Source: an uncultured Chloroflexota bacterium
Lineage (GTDB): Bacteria > Chloroflexota > UBA11872 > UBA12225
Direction: 5' to 3'
Assembly (NCBI GenBank): GCA_903836285.1
Contig: CAILQO010000609.1
Location: 1-34,863, forward strand
DNA length: 34,863 bases
Below, piece after piece: positions 18,205 to 26,891 of this stretch. Within the stretch, counting starts at the first letter, position 1; each line of letters opens with the position of its first letter. Made by a program: the position numbers and the translations under genes. The notes under the pieces are model-generated. The model did no database searches and was not told the DNA's origin. It saw only the letters and a list, made by a program, of their open reading frames with translations.

Positions 18205-20232
18205 ATGACGACCGCCAGACCGAACGCCAGTACGGCGCAGCGCACGCTCGTCGAGCGTGCGCTGCTGCAGCCACACACGGCAACCTACCGGCGCACGCTC
18301 GCCGTCGTCCTCACTTGAATCGTCGCCTCGATCGTTGCCCTGACGCTCGAAACCGTGCATCCCCTGCACGAGGACTACCTGGACGCCTTCGAGCTCGTCG
18401 ACCACGTCCTGCTGGTGATCTTTACGGTTGAATACCTCTGCAACATCTGGGTCGCGCCCGACCGCAAGGGGTACGTCCTCGGGGTTTGGGGACTCATCGA
18501 CCTCGTTTCGATCGCACCCTCGTTCCTTGCGCTGCTTGCCGGAAGCGGATCAACCGGTGCGATCCTGCCTGGGGTGCAGATTGGCTTCCTGCGCGAACTC
18601 CGGATTCTGCGGGTGCTTCGGATGCTGAAGCTCATGAAGCTGGCAAGCGAGCGCGCTTCGGAGTCCACAGCGACGGTGCGGGATCGCAACACGTTCTGGT
18701 TGGACTTCCAGATTTACCTGATCTGCCTGTTCACCGTCGTGATCATCAGCGCGACATTGATCTACCACATCGAGCCATACCCGCCCAACGCACCTGCCCT
18801 AGCCGAAGCGATCAAGCAGCTAGTGGACGGCACGGCGCCATCGACCGCGACCTGGGCGGCCGATCCGCTGCTCCTTGAATACAAGCTGCGAGCAGAGAAC
18901 GGGTGGCCCCTACCGACTTGGACCTTTGACAACGTCCCGATGGCTCTCTGGTGGAGCTTTGTCACGCTCACGACCACCGGGTACGGCGACATGTACCCGG
19001 TGACCGGCACAGGGCGCCTGGTGGGTGCCCTGACCATGCTGAGCGGCCTCGCGCTCTTCTCGCTGCTTACGAGCGTTGTCGGTCGCACGCTGATGAGGTC
19101 GCTGTTCGGCCGTCGCAGTGATGCCTCACCAGAGGCAATCCGACGTGCAACGGACGTGCGCGCCTTGGTCAATCAGGTGCGTGCCCTGCTGCCCGGCGTG
19201 GGTCTCTCAGCCCATGTGCCGGCGTCGGACGCTCTTCCAGCCGAGCCGTTCGCCGGGTTTGGGACCGCGGCGCGAGAGGTTGCCGGCGAGGTCGTTCGCC
19301 AGACCAGTGGCATGGAGTCCGTGCCTATCCGGACGGATGACCGCTCGTCGAACCTGTCACGGCTGCTCCACGCCGCGTTCGTCGACGAGGGCACCGCGCT
19401 CAGCGCCTGGGTGCGCCGGATCATCACGGCGCTCATCCTCGCCTCAATTGGCGTGGTCGTGCTCAACTCGGTAGCCGAGATTCACGAGGCGTGGGGGGCG
19501 ACGTTTGAGGTGGTCGAGGCCATGATGGTCATCGCATTCACCCTGGAATACCTGGCCTACCTCTACCTTGCCGAGAGCAAGCGCGACTACGCACTCGGAT
19601 TCTGGGGTCTCGTCGACTTGCTTACCATCCTTCCCACGTACGTCACGATCACGCTTGCGCTGACCTCGTCGCTCGGGGTGCCGGTGGACTTCTCGCACGG
19701 GATCGCCTTCAAGATCATCAGGATTCTTCGCGTCCTTCGGATGCTCCGAATCCTCAAGCTGATGAAGGGCGCCGTAGCGATCACCCAGAACACGCTTACC
19801 GGTGCAAAGACAACGTTCTGGATGGACCCTGGAATCTATTTGATCGCACTCCTCACAGTCCTGACAATGTCGTCGACGCTTGCATATACGCTGGAAGTTG
19901 ACGAACCGGGAACACAGTTCATTAATGTCCCCGTCGCCATGTGGTGGGCAATCGTCACGATCACCTCAACGGGGTACGGTGACATGTTCCCGGTCACCAT
20001 CGTTGGGCGCATGGTCGGCATAGTCACGATGATCGCGGGGCTCGCGTTGTTCGGAATCCTGACCAGCGTGATCGGGCGCGCGCTGATGAGTTCGCTGTTC
20101 GGTTCGAGCAGTGTCGGCGAGGAGGACCCGAGCACCGTCGGTCCTGAGGTGGATGCCCCGCTCGAACAGGCGCTGGCTGTGGTTCGCACCCTCAGCGATT
20201 CCCCAGCCTCTGAACGGCCACACATGCCCTAG
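18205..20232 (+). CDS. Tandem two-domain (2x6TM) voltage-gated potassium channel, paralog A; in-frame TGA at 18316-18318 (uninterrupted part 18355-20232)
   Basis: Two S4 sensors ([29 protein letters not shown]) and two filters (TTTGYGD 18970-18990, TSTGYGD 19963-19983); sequence upstream of the TGA is in the same frame and aligns with S1 of paralog B. Confidence 0.88.
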
Positions 20233-20256
20233 TGCGTGAGAGGGGAGGGGAGGGAT

Positions 20257-20293
20257 TGGCGCCCGGTGCCGACCAGTGGCACGTCGGGCGCCA
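20257..20293. terminator. Candidate bidirectional terminator hairpin between convergent genes
   Basis: TGGCGCCCG-GTGCC-gaccagt-GGCAC-gt-CGGGCGCCA, a 9+5 bp stem. Confidence 0.5.
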
Positions 20294-20334
20294 TCACCAG
20301 AAAGCGGGCGCGGGGGTGCCGGCCCACTTCGGGC

Positions 20335-20847
20335 CTACGCAACCGAGATGGTGATTGACTCGATGACTGCGCCGGGGGTGGTCGCGCGACCGGGGTCGCG
20401 TTCTGGGATGGCGTTCACGACATCCATGCCCTTGATCACCGTTCCGAACACAGCGTGGCGTCCGTCAAGGTGCGGGGTTGCGACGTGCGTGATGAAGAAC
20501 TGGCTTCCATTCGTGTTCGGCCCGGCGTTCGCCATCGAAAGCGTGCCGGGGCCAGAGTGCTTCAACTTAAGCGCCGAGGCCTCGTCGTCAAAGCGGTAGC
20601 CTGGTCCCCCACGGCCGCTCCCTGTGGGGTCTCCGGTCTGGACCATGAAGCCCTTGATGACACGATGGAAGGTCACGCCGTCGTAGAACCCGTCGCTCGC
20701 AAGGAAGACGAAGTTGTTCACAGTGGCGGGGGCCGACTTGGCATACAACTGGATCACGATATCGCCATAGTCGGTCTTGATGGTCGCCGTGTAGTCCTTC
20801 GACTCGTCGATGGACATGGCGGGCGGAGCGTCGTATTGCTTCGACAA
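20335..20847 (-). CDS. ppiA: Cyclophilin-type peptidyl-prolyl cis-trans isomerase
   Basis: [51 protein letters not shown]; TTG 20847 with GGAGAGGA 7 nt upstream. Confidence 0.95.
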   Translation of the reverse strand: MSKQYDAPPAMSIDESKDYTATIKTDYGDIVIQLYAKSAPATVNNFVFLASDGFYDGVTFHRVIKGFMVQTGDPTGSGRGGPGYRFDDEASALKLKHSGPGTLSMANAGPNTNGSQFFITHVATPHLDGRHAVFGTVIKGMDVVNAIPERDPGRATTPGAVIESITISVA

Positions 20848-20895
20848 TGTGCTGTCCTCTCCGCACCAGTTGGGTGCCCCGGCCCGTCCGGGACG

Positions 20896-20921
20896 GTCGG
20901 GCACCTGCACAGGTGCCCGAC
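20896..20921. repeat. Perfect 12-bp inverted repeat in the ppiA / channel B divergent intergenic region
   Basis: GTCGGGCACCTG-CA-CAGGTGCCCGAC, abutting a minus-strand TACACT hexamer (20922-20927). Confidence 0.75.
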
Positions 20922-21098
20922 AGTGTAGCGGGGGCGGGACCGTCAGTTGTCGCTGGTATCCTGCGCGAGTTGCACGCGGTGCTTTGCGTGCATCGCAAAT
21001 GACAGAACACCTGTTTGGGCCAGCGCCACCCAGCGCACCGCCCAGCACGCAGAGCGACTTGATGGCCGCCCCCCGCGGCCACCCCGAGAGGATCGAGC

Positions 21099-23312
21099 GT
21101 GGCACGAGACGTCCAGACCGCGACAGGTCAAGCCAACGACGGCGGCGCATCGGTAGGGTCCGAGGCCGCCGGGGTGTCACGCAACGGAACCAAGGGCTCA
21201 ACCGCCGCGGCGCAACCGCGCATTGGTCGGTCGAGGGGCATTCGGGGGATAGCTGAGGACGCGATCCTCGACCCGACGACGAACGCGTACAACACGTTAC
21301 TCAAGGTGGTGCTGGTCGCCATCCTCACGAGCATCGTGGTGCTCGCACTGGAGACGATGCACCCCCTCGTCGATGATTGGCACGACGAATTCCACGCGAT
21401 CGATCTCATCCTCCTCGCCGTGTTCACCTTTGAATACGCGGTGAACGTGTGGGTTCAGCCAAAGCGCGTCGCGTACATCTTCTCGCTTTGGGGGATCGTC
21501 GACTTCCTCGCGATCGCACCGGCGTACATCGAGATCATATTCGGGGGCGTAGAGAGCCTGGTCTTCTTGCGCCAGTTGCGGATCCTGCGGGTGATGCGGA
21601 TGCTCAAGCTGCTCAAGCTGGCCGCCGAGAAGGCGAGTGAGTCCGCAGCTCAGGCGACCGAGAAGAAGAGCACGTTCCTCATGGACATCCAGATCTACGG
21701 GATCTGCCTGTTCACCGTTCTCACCATCAGCTCATCGCTTCTCTACCAGTTCGAGGGCGTACGTCCGGGAGTCCCCGAGGTCACCAGCGATGCACTTGCC
21801 GCGATCGCGGATGCCGAGGAGAGCGGCGAAACGCCACCGGCCTGGGCGGAAGATCACATGGTGAAAATCTACCTCGAGCGTGCCGGAAAAGGTTGGTCCA
21901 ACCCTGTCTATACCTTTACGAGCGTCCCGAAGGCGTACTGGTGGTCGATCGTGACCCTGACGACGACGGGTTACGGCGACATGTTCCCCGTAACGCTCGG
22001 CGGGCGAGTCGTCGCCGGGGGCACCATGCTTGCTGGTCTCGGCCTGTTCTCGCTGCTGACAAGCGTCGTCGGTCGTGCACTGATGACGACCCTGTTCGGA
22101 AGCGATGAGGACACACCCCCTGCCAACAAGATCGTGGTCATTGGTGGGGGGCGCCTGCCAGAGGGCACCGACCTTCGCGCGCTCGTCGGGATCGAGGCGG
22201 TCGACCCGGTGCCACTAGCGCGCGAGCGGGGCGCGCTTGAGGGTGTCCTGATGGAGGGTGACCTCCGGTTGAGCGACCTGGCCCACTCGGTCGGCCAAGT
22301 CGCCGGCGACGTAGTGCGCGCTGCGTCCCAAGGTGCGGTCAGCAGCGACGCCGCAATCAGGCGAGACAAACCGGGTGTCGTCGACCGCCTGATCTACGCC
22401 GCGTTCGCCGACCACACCTCAAGCCTGTTCATGCCGATGCAGCAGTTCCTCACTGGGCTGATCTTCGGTTCGGTGGTCCTGGTGGTGGCCGACTCGATCC
22501 ACGAGGTTCACGAGGCGTACCACGTCTGGTTCGAGTGGATCGAAAAAGTGATCGTCCTGTGCTTCACCATCGAGTTTGTGGCCAATTACCGGTTAGCGCC
22601 AAGCAAGCTGAAGTACGTGTTTAGCATGTGGGGAATGGTCGACTTGCTGGCCATCCTGCCGACGTACATTGATCTCGGCATTTCGGCGCTCGCACTTATC
22701 GGCGTCGAGATGCACCTAGGCGGCGGCCTCCTCTTCAAGGTCCTCCGGATGCTCCGGGTGCTTCGGATGCTTAGGACGCTCAAGCTCGCCAAGACCGCGG
22801 CTGCAAATATGGAGAAGTCGATGAGCAAGAAGGGGGGATCCTCGTTCTCGACTAATCTCCAGATCTACTTCATCGCGCTATTCACTGTCCTAATCATTTC
22901 TTCGACGTTGATGTGGAACGTCGAGTTCGATCCACTTGACGAGAAGTCAACGACCATGTTCGTCAACATCCCTGCCGCGATGTGGTGGGGGATTGTCACG
23001 CTGTGCACTGTCGGCTACGGCGACATGTTCCCGGTGACCTTTGCCGGGCGGGTGATTGCGGGTGCCACGATGCTGTGCGGGCTCGCCCTCTTCGGGATCT
23101 TGACAAGCGTCATCGGGACCGCGCTTATGGCTTCGCTCTTCGGCTCGAGCGATCAGGACGCCGAACCCGAGGTCATTTACATCGATGCCCCACCTGAGCC
23201 AGAGGCACCCGTGGTGGGAAGTCTCGAACGATTGGTTGCGCTCAGGGCGGCCGGGGCACTATCAGACGAGGAGTTCGAGCGAGCCAAGACGGTTGCGCTC
23301 TGGCCGAGCTAA
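21099..23312 (+). CDS. Tandem two-domain (2x6TM) voltage-gated potassium channel, paralog B, with a C-terminal SHOCT-like domain
   Basis: S4 [13 protein letters not shown] and [16 protein letters not shown]; filters TTTGYGD 21960-21980 and CTVGYGD 23004-23024; tail [22 protein letters not shown]; GTG after GAGAGGA. Confidence 0.92.
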   Translation: MARDVQTATGQANDGGASVGSEAAGVSRNGTKGSTAAAQPRIGRSRGIRGIAEDAILDPTTNAYNTLLKVVLVAILTSIVVLALETMHPLVDDWHDEFHAIDLILLAVFTFEYAVNVWVQPKRVAYIFSLWGIVDFLAIAPAYIEIIFGGVESLVFLRQLRILRVMRMLKLLKLAAEKASESAAQATEKKSTFLMDIQIYGICLFTVLTISSSLLYQFEGVRPGVPEVTSDALAAIADAEESGETPPAWAEDHMVKIYLERAGKGWSNPVYTFTSVPKAYWWSIVTLTTTGYGDMFPVTLGGRVVAGGTMLAGLGLFSLLTSVVGRALMTTLFGSDEDTPPANKIVVIGGGRLPEGTDLRALVGIEAVDPVPLARERGALEGVLMEGDLRLSDLAHSVGQVAGDVVRAASQGAVSSDAAIRRDKPGVVDRLIYAAFADHTSSLFMPMQQFLTGLIFGSVVLVVADSIHEVHEAYHVWFEWIEKVIVLCFTIEFVANYRLAPSKLKYVFSMWGMVDLLAILPTYIDLGISALALIGVEMHLGGGLLFKVLRMLRVLRMLRTLKLAKTAAANMEKSMSKKGGSSFSTNLQIYFIALFTVLIISSTLMWNVEFDPLDEKSTTMFVNIPAAMWWGIVTLCTVGYGDMFPVTFAGRVIAGATMLCGLALFGILTSVIGTALMASLFGSSDQDAEPEVIYIDAPPEPEAPVVGSLERLVALRAAGALSDEEFERAKTVALWPS

Positions 23313-23324
23313 AAGCTGGGCTGC

Positions 23325-23359
23325 GGGTGGTTGCGTCGTCGTGACGGACCACCCTCTTC
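23325..23359 (+). terminator. Candidate intrinsic terminator after channel B
   Basis: GGGTGGT...ACCACCC stem enclosing CGTC/GACG, followed by TCTTC. Confidence 0.5.
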
Positions 23360-23453
23360 AAACTGACAACGCATGAGGCGGCACCGCTCGGGTGCTACGT
23401 TCTGAGGCGAGCACGCAACCCGGGACAGCGTGGGTATGCGCGGTGGAACGGAC

Positions 23454-24932
23454 GTGAGCCAAGACCAACATGGCGCCGACCCCATCGAAGCGCTCGTCGG
23501 CGCACGGGTTGCCGCGAAAGCGACTGCCCCGCTCCCGGATGTCGCGTCCGGGGCGAATGACGGCACGTCGGCCGGCCAGACCACAGTCGGACCGGTTGTT
23601 GTCACCAAGCGCTTCAGGGAGCCGTCGCCAACCACCGCGCCCGATTCGCCCACACTGCAAACCCTTGTCGTTGCGCTCGACGGTTCGGCCGAGGCAGAAG
23701 CTGCGATCCCTCACTCGGTGGCGGTCGCGCGGGCAACGGGTGCGTGCGTGCACCTCTTGCGCGTGGTGCCGTCAGCTGCCGCCGGGGCACTGCCGATCAT
23801 CGCTTCCGACTTGATGCCAGGGACCCCGGCAATGCTTGACCTGGATGGCGCTGGGCCAAGCGAGACGCTAGTGTTCGGCGCAACGCTCTACCTCGAGGCG
23901 GTCGCAGGGCGCCTGCGAACGACCGGCCTGGAGGTGCACGTGCACGTGCGCGCCGGCCCCCCGGGGCCGACAATCGCCGCCACCGCGGGCGTCCTCGGCG
24001 CCGACCTGCTCTTCGTCGCCAGTGAACCGCATCGCGGCCTCAAGCGCCTGGCGGGAAGCGTCGCCGACGAACTCTTCCGGGGCGCGCCGTGCCCGGTCGT
24101 CTACGTGCGAACTGGCATAACCGGCGAGGAGCGGGCGAACTCCGGCATCCGGAACTTTGGCAGTGACGTCGCGGAAGCGGGAGCCGTCACGGCGGTGCGC
24201 CTCGGGCTCCGCGAGGTGCCGGTCGACCGAGTCACCGGCAGCGTCGGACGCGCTCACGAGCTACTGCCGACATTCCTCCCGCGACGCACGCGGAAGGAGG
24301 ACACGGCGCGATTCGCGGGGGTCAAGTCGCGGCTCGAGCGGGGCGAACCCATGCCACCGCTTGAGCTGTACAAGCTTGGCTACGACTACTACGTGCTCGA
24401 TGGGCATCACCGCGTGGCCGCCGCGCGCCAACTGGGTATCGGTGAACTGGAAGCCGAGGTCACCGAATACCTGTCGCCATCTGATGCCGAGCAGCAGCAG
24501 GTCTTCATTGAACGGCGCACGTTCGAGCGCGAGACGGGGTTGACAAAGATCGGTGCGTCCCGCATCGGCACGTATCCCTGCCTGGTCGAACTTCGGGATG
24601 CGGCGCCACCAGAGGCAATCGGTCGCGGGCGCGTCCTGTCGGTCACCGAGGACACCAGCCGCGAGACATGGCGACGCTGGTACTTCACGTTCTTCCAACC
24701 GCTCCAGAAATCCATTCGCAAGCGAGGCCTGCGAACGGTGTTTCCGGGAGAACGATCCGCCGACATCCTCGTTCGCCTAGCGCAATTCCGCGAGACTGAG
24801 GCTCGTCTTGGCCACGAGGTGTCGTGGGAGACGGCGCTCGACCATTTCGAGGTCGCCTACGGTCGGCGGTCGCGGACGCGATCATGGAGCTTGAGGGATC
24901 TCGTACCCGCAGTGGCACCGCCCCGGGCGTGA
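23454..24932 (+). CDS. Universal stress protein domain fused to a ParB/Sulfiredoxin-like domain
   Basis: USP: LVVALDGS...VHLLRV...GSVADELFRGAPCPVVYV; ParB-like: VPVDRVTGSVGR...PPLELYK..YYVLDGHHRVAAA..EAEVTEY. Confidence 0.82.
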   Translation: MSQDQHGADPIEALVGARVAAKATAPLPDVASGANDGTSAGQTTVGPVVVTKRFREPSPTTAPDSPTLQTLVVALDGSAEAEAAIPHSVAVARATGACVHLLRVVPSAAAGALPIIASDLMPGTPAMLDLDGAGPSETLVFGATLYLEAVAGRLRTTGLEVHVHVRAGPPGPTIAATAGVLGADLLFVASEPHRGLKRLAGSVADELFRGAPCPVVYVRTGITGEERANSGIRNFGSDVAEAGAVTAVRLGLREVPVDRVTGSVGRAHELLPTFLPRRTRKEDTARFAGVKSRLERGEPMPPLELYKLGYDYYVLDGHHRVAAARQLGIGELEAEVTEYLSPSDAEQQQVFIERRTFERETGLTKIGASRIGTYPCLVELRDAAPPEAIGRGRVLSVTEDTSRETWRRWYFTFFQPLQKSIRKRGLRTVFPGERSADILVRLAQFRETEARLGHEVSWETALDHFEVAYGRRSRTRSWSLRDLVPAVAPPRA

Positions 24933-25026
24933 CCGACGCGGCTCGGTGTCCGGCTGCCCGCATCCCGATACACTCCCGCCTGCAACGCGCCGACTCGTCG
25001 TTCGAGCGCCCGCGTCAAGGGTGGGA

Positions 25027-25974
25027 ATGATCGATCGGGCGTCAATCGAGGCGGCGGCTGCCCGGATTGCGGGCAGGGTGCGCGTGACCCCAATCGTGCC
25101 GCTGGTTGCAGGCGACTTGGGCCTGCCGGGCGATGTGACCCTCAAGCTCGAGTCGCTCCAGCGCTCCGGGTCGTTCAAGGCCCGGGGCGCGTTCAATCGC
25201 ATCCTGTCGAGCCACCCACCGGCGGCCGGCGTGATCACCGCGTCAGGCGGAAACCATGGCGCCGCAGTTGCTTGTGCCGCGGCCGACCTTGGCCTCCGGG
25301 CCCACGTCTTCGTGCCGTCAGTCGCACCCCCCGCGAAAATCCGCCGGCTTCGCGGCTACGGCGCCGAGGTGAGCGTGGTCGGCGACCGGTTCTCGCATGC
25401 GTATGAGGCGATGCAGGCCCGTGCTGCCGAGTCCGGGGCGCTCATTGTCCACCCGTACGACCAGACAGGGGTGCTTGAGGGGCAAGGGACCCTTGCCCGT
25501 GAGTTCGAGGCTCAGGCCCCCTATTTAGACACGGTTCTCGTTGCGGTAGGAGGTGGTGGCCTGATCGGTGGGGTCGCCGCGTGGTTCGGGGGGGCGACCG
25601 ATCGCCGGGTGCGCGTCGTGGGCGTCGAACCGGAGGCCTGCCCGTCGCTCCATCGCGCTCTCCGCACAGGCGAACCGGTCGATGTGACTGTCGGTGGCGT
25701 GGCGGTGGACAGCCTCGGAGCCACGAGGGTCGGAGCACTGATGTTCCCCATTGCTCGTGCCCACGTTGAACGTGTCGTGCTTGTCTCCGATGATGACATC
25801 TGCGCGGCGCAACGGCTCGCGTGGGATGGGCTTCGCCTCGCCCTCGAGCCTGGAGGCGCCGCCGCTCTCGCGGCACTGTCGTCCGGGGCATACCTGCCCG
25901 CGCCGGGCGAGCGTGTGGGCGTCGTCCTCTGCGGCGGAAACGTCGACCCCGCAACCCTCGAGGAGACTCAATGA
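25027..25974 (+). CDS. PLP-dependent threonine/serine dehydratase
   Basis: KLESLQRSGSFKARGA, ASGGNHG, HPYD..GQGT, VGGGGL, LEPGGA, LCGGN. Confidence 0.93.
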   Translation: MIDRASIEAAAARIAGRVRVTPIVPLVAGDLGLPGDVTLKLESLQRSGSFKARGAFNRILSSHPPAAGVITASGGNHGAAVACAAADLGLRAHVFVPSVAPPAKIRRLRGYGAEVSVVGDRFSHAYEAMQARAAESGALIVHPYDQTGVLEGQGTLAREFEAQAPYLDTVLVAVGGGGLIGGVAAWFGGATDRRVRVVGVEPEACPSLHRALRTGEPVDVTVGGVAVDSLGATRVGALMFPIARAHVERVVLVSDDDICAAQRLAWDGLRLALEPGGAAALAALSSGAYLPAPGERVGVVLCGGNVDPATLEETQ

Positions 25975-26633
25975 CCGCTCCAGTGCCGGTGCGCTCGCAC
26001 CAAGGCCTGCCGATCATCCCGCAGGATCGATGGATGCTCCGCGTGCAAGCCGTGTTTGGCTGTGCGGCGTTCGCCGCCATTGGAGTTGCATCGACGATCG
26101 CCGGGGGCCTCGCCGCGGTCGCGGGGATTGCGTACGGGGCGACCCTTGCGCTGTCCTCGGTGGCATCGTTCGTCTACAACTCACGCTTCCGCCATCGCCG
26201 GGGCGAGACGGTTGCGGATCGCTGGCGCCTGCTCGACCATTCTGCGATTTTCCTGTTGATCGCCGGGACCTACACCCCGTTCGGATTGCTGGTGCTGTCG
26301 GACGGACCGCAGCAACTCATGGTGGTCTGGTCACTGGCACTCACTGGCGTGTTGCTCAAATTCATGGTCCGCTTCCGCTTTCAGGGGGCATTCCTCCTGC
26401 TGTACCTTGCCACGGGGTGGTCGGTTGCGATCGGCATGGAACGTGCGCTCGCTGAGATCGAGGCGACGCCGATGGCCTTGCTGATTGCCGGAGGTATCGC
26501 CTACACAACCGGTGTTGCCTTTCACCTGCGCAAGTCGTGGCGGTGGTATTCAGCGATCTGGCACGCGTTTGTTCTCGTCGCGTCGATCCTGCATTTTGGT
26601 GCAGTCTGGGCGACGATCGGGGCGCGCGTCTAG
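25971..26633 (+). CDS. trhA: Hemolysin III / PAQR family membrane protein
   Basis: LDHSAIFLLIAGTYTPF, YLATGW, GGIAYTTG, IWHAFV; ATGA overlap with the upstream stop. Confidence 0.88.
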   Translation: MTAPVPVRSHQGLPIIPQDRWMLRVQAVFGCAAFAAIGVASTIAGGLAAVAGIAYGATLALSSVASFVYNSRFRHRRGETVADRWRLLDHSAIFLLIAGTYTPFGLLVLSDGPQQLMVVWSLALTGVLLKFMVRFRFQGAFLLLYLATGWSVAIGMERALAEIEATPMALLIAGGIAYTTGVAFHLRKSWRWYSAIWHAFVLVASILHFGAVWATIGARV

Positions 26634-26891
26634 CGTCGGGGCGCTCCCGTTGGACTCCGCGACCGAGAATGGCGCGACGCCAGCGCCGAGCGAGGAACGG
26701 TTGCCACGGCGTCCCTTCGCAACGTGGGTACCCGGCATCGTATGCATCGATCCACCGCGTACGGCACAGAAACGTGCGGCTCCTCAGGAGGATCCAGTTC
26801 GGGACTCGGCATCACACTCGTTTCAGGCGGGAGCGGTGAGTGAAGCGGCATGCGAACGGCGCCTGACACCTCCAACCAACCGGAGACCGTC

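Noticed and set aside
18316-18350. Selenocysteine recoding of the TGA in channel A
   Set aside because: The paralog has Ala at this position, the site is inside a TM helix with no redox motif, and weak hairpins are expected by chance at this GC content; kept only as an unlikely option
20335-20847. Cyclophilin as a dedicated chaperone for the flanking channels
   Set aside because: It is on the opposite strand with its own promoter and terminator signals, and adjacency alone is not evidence
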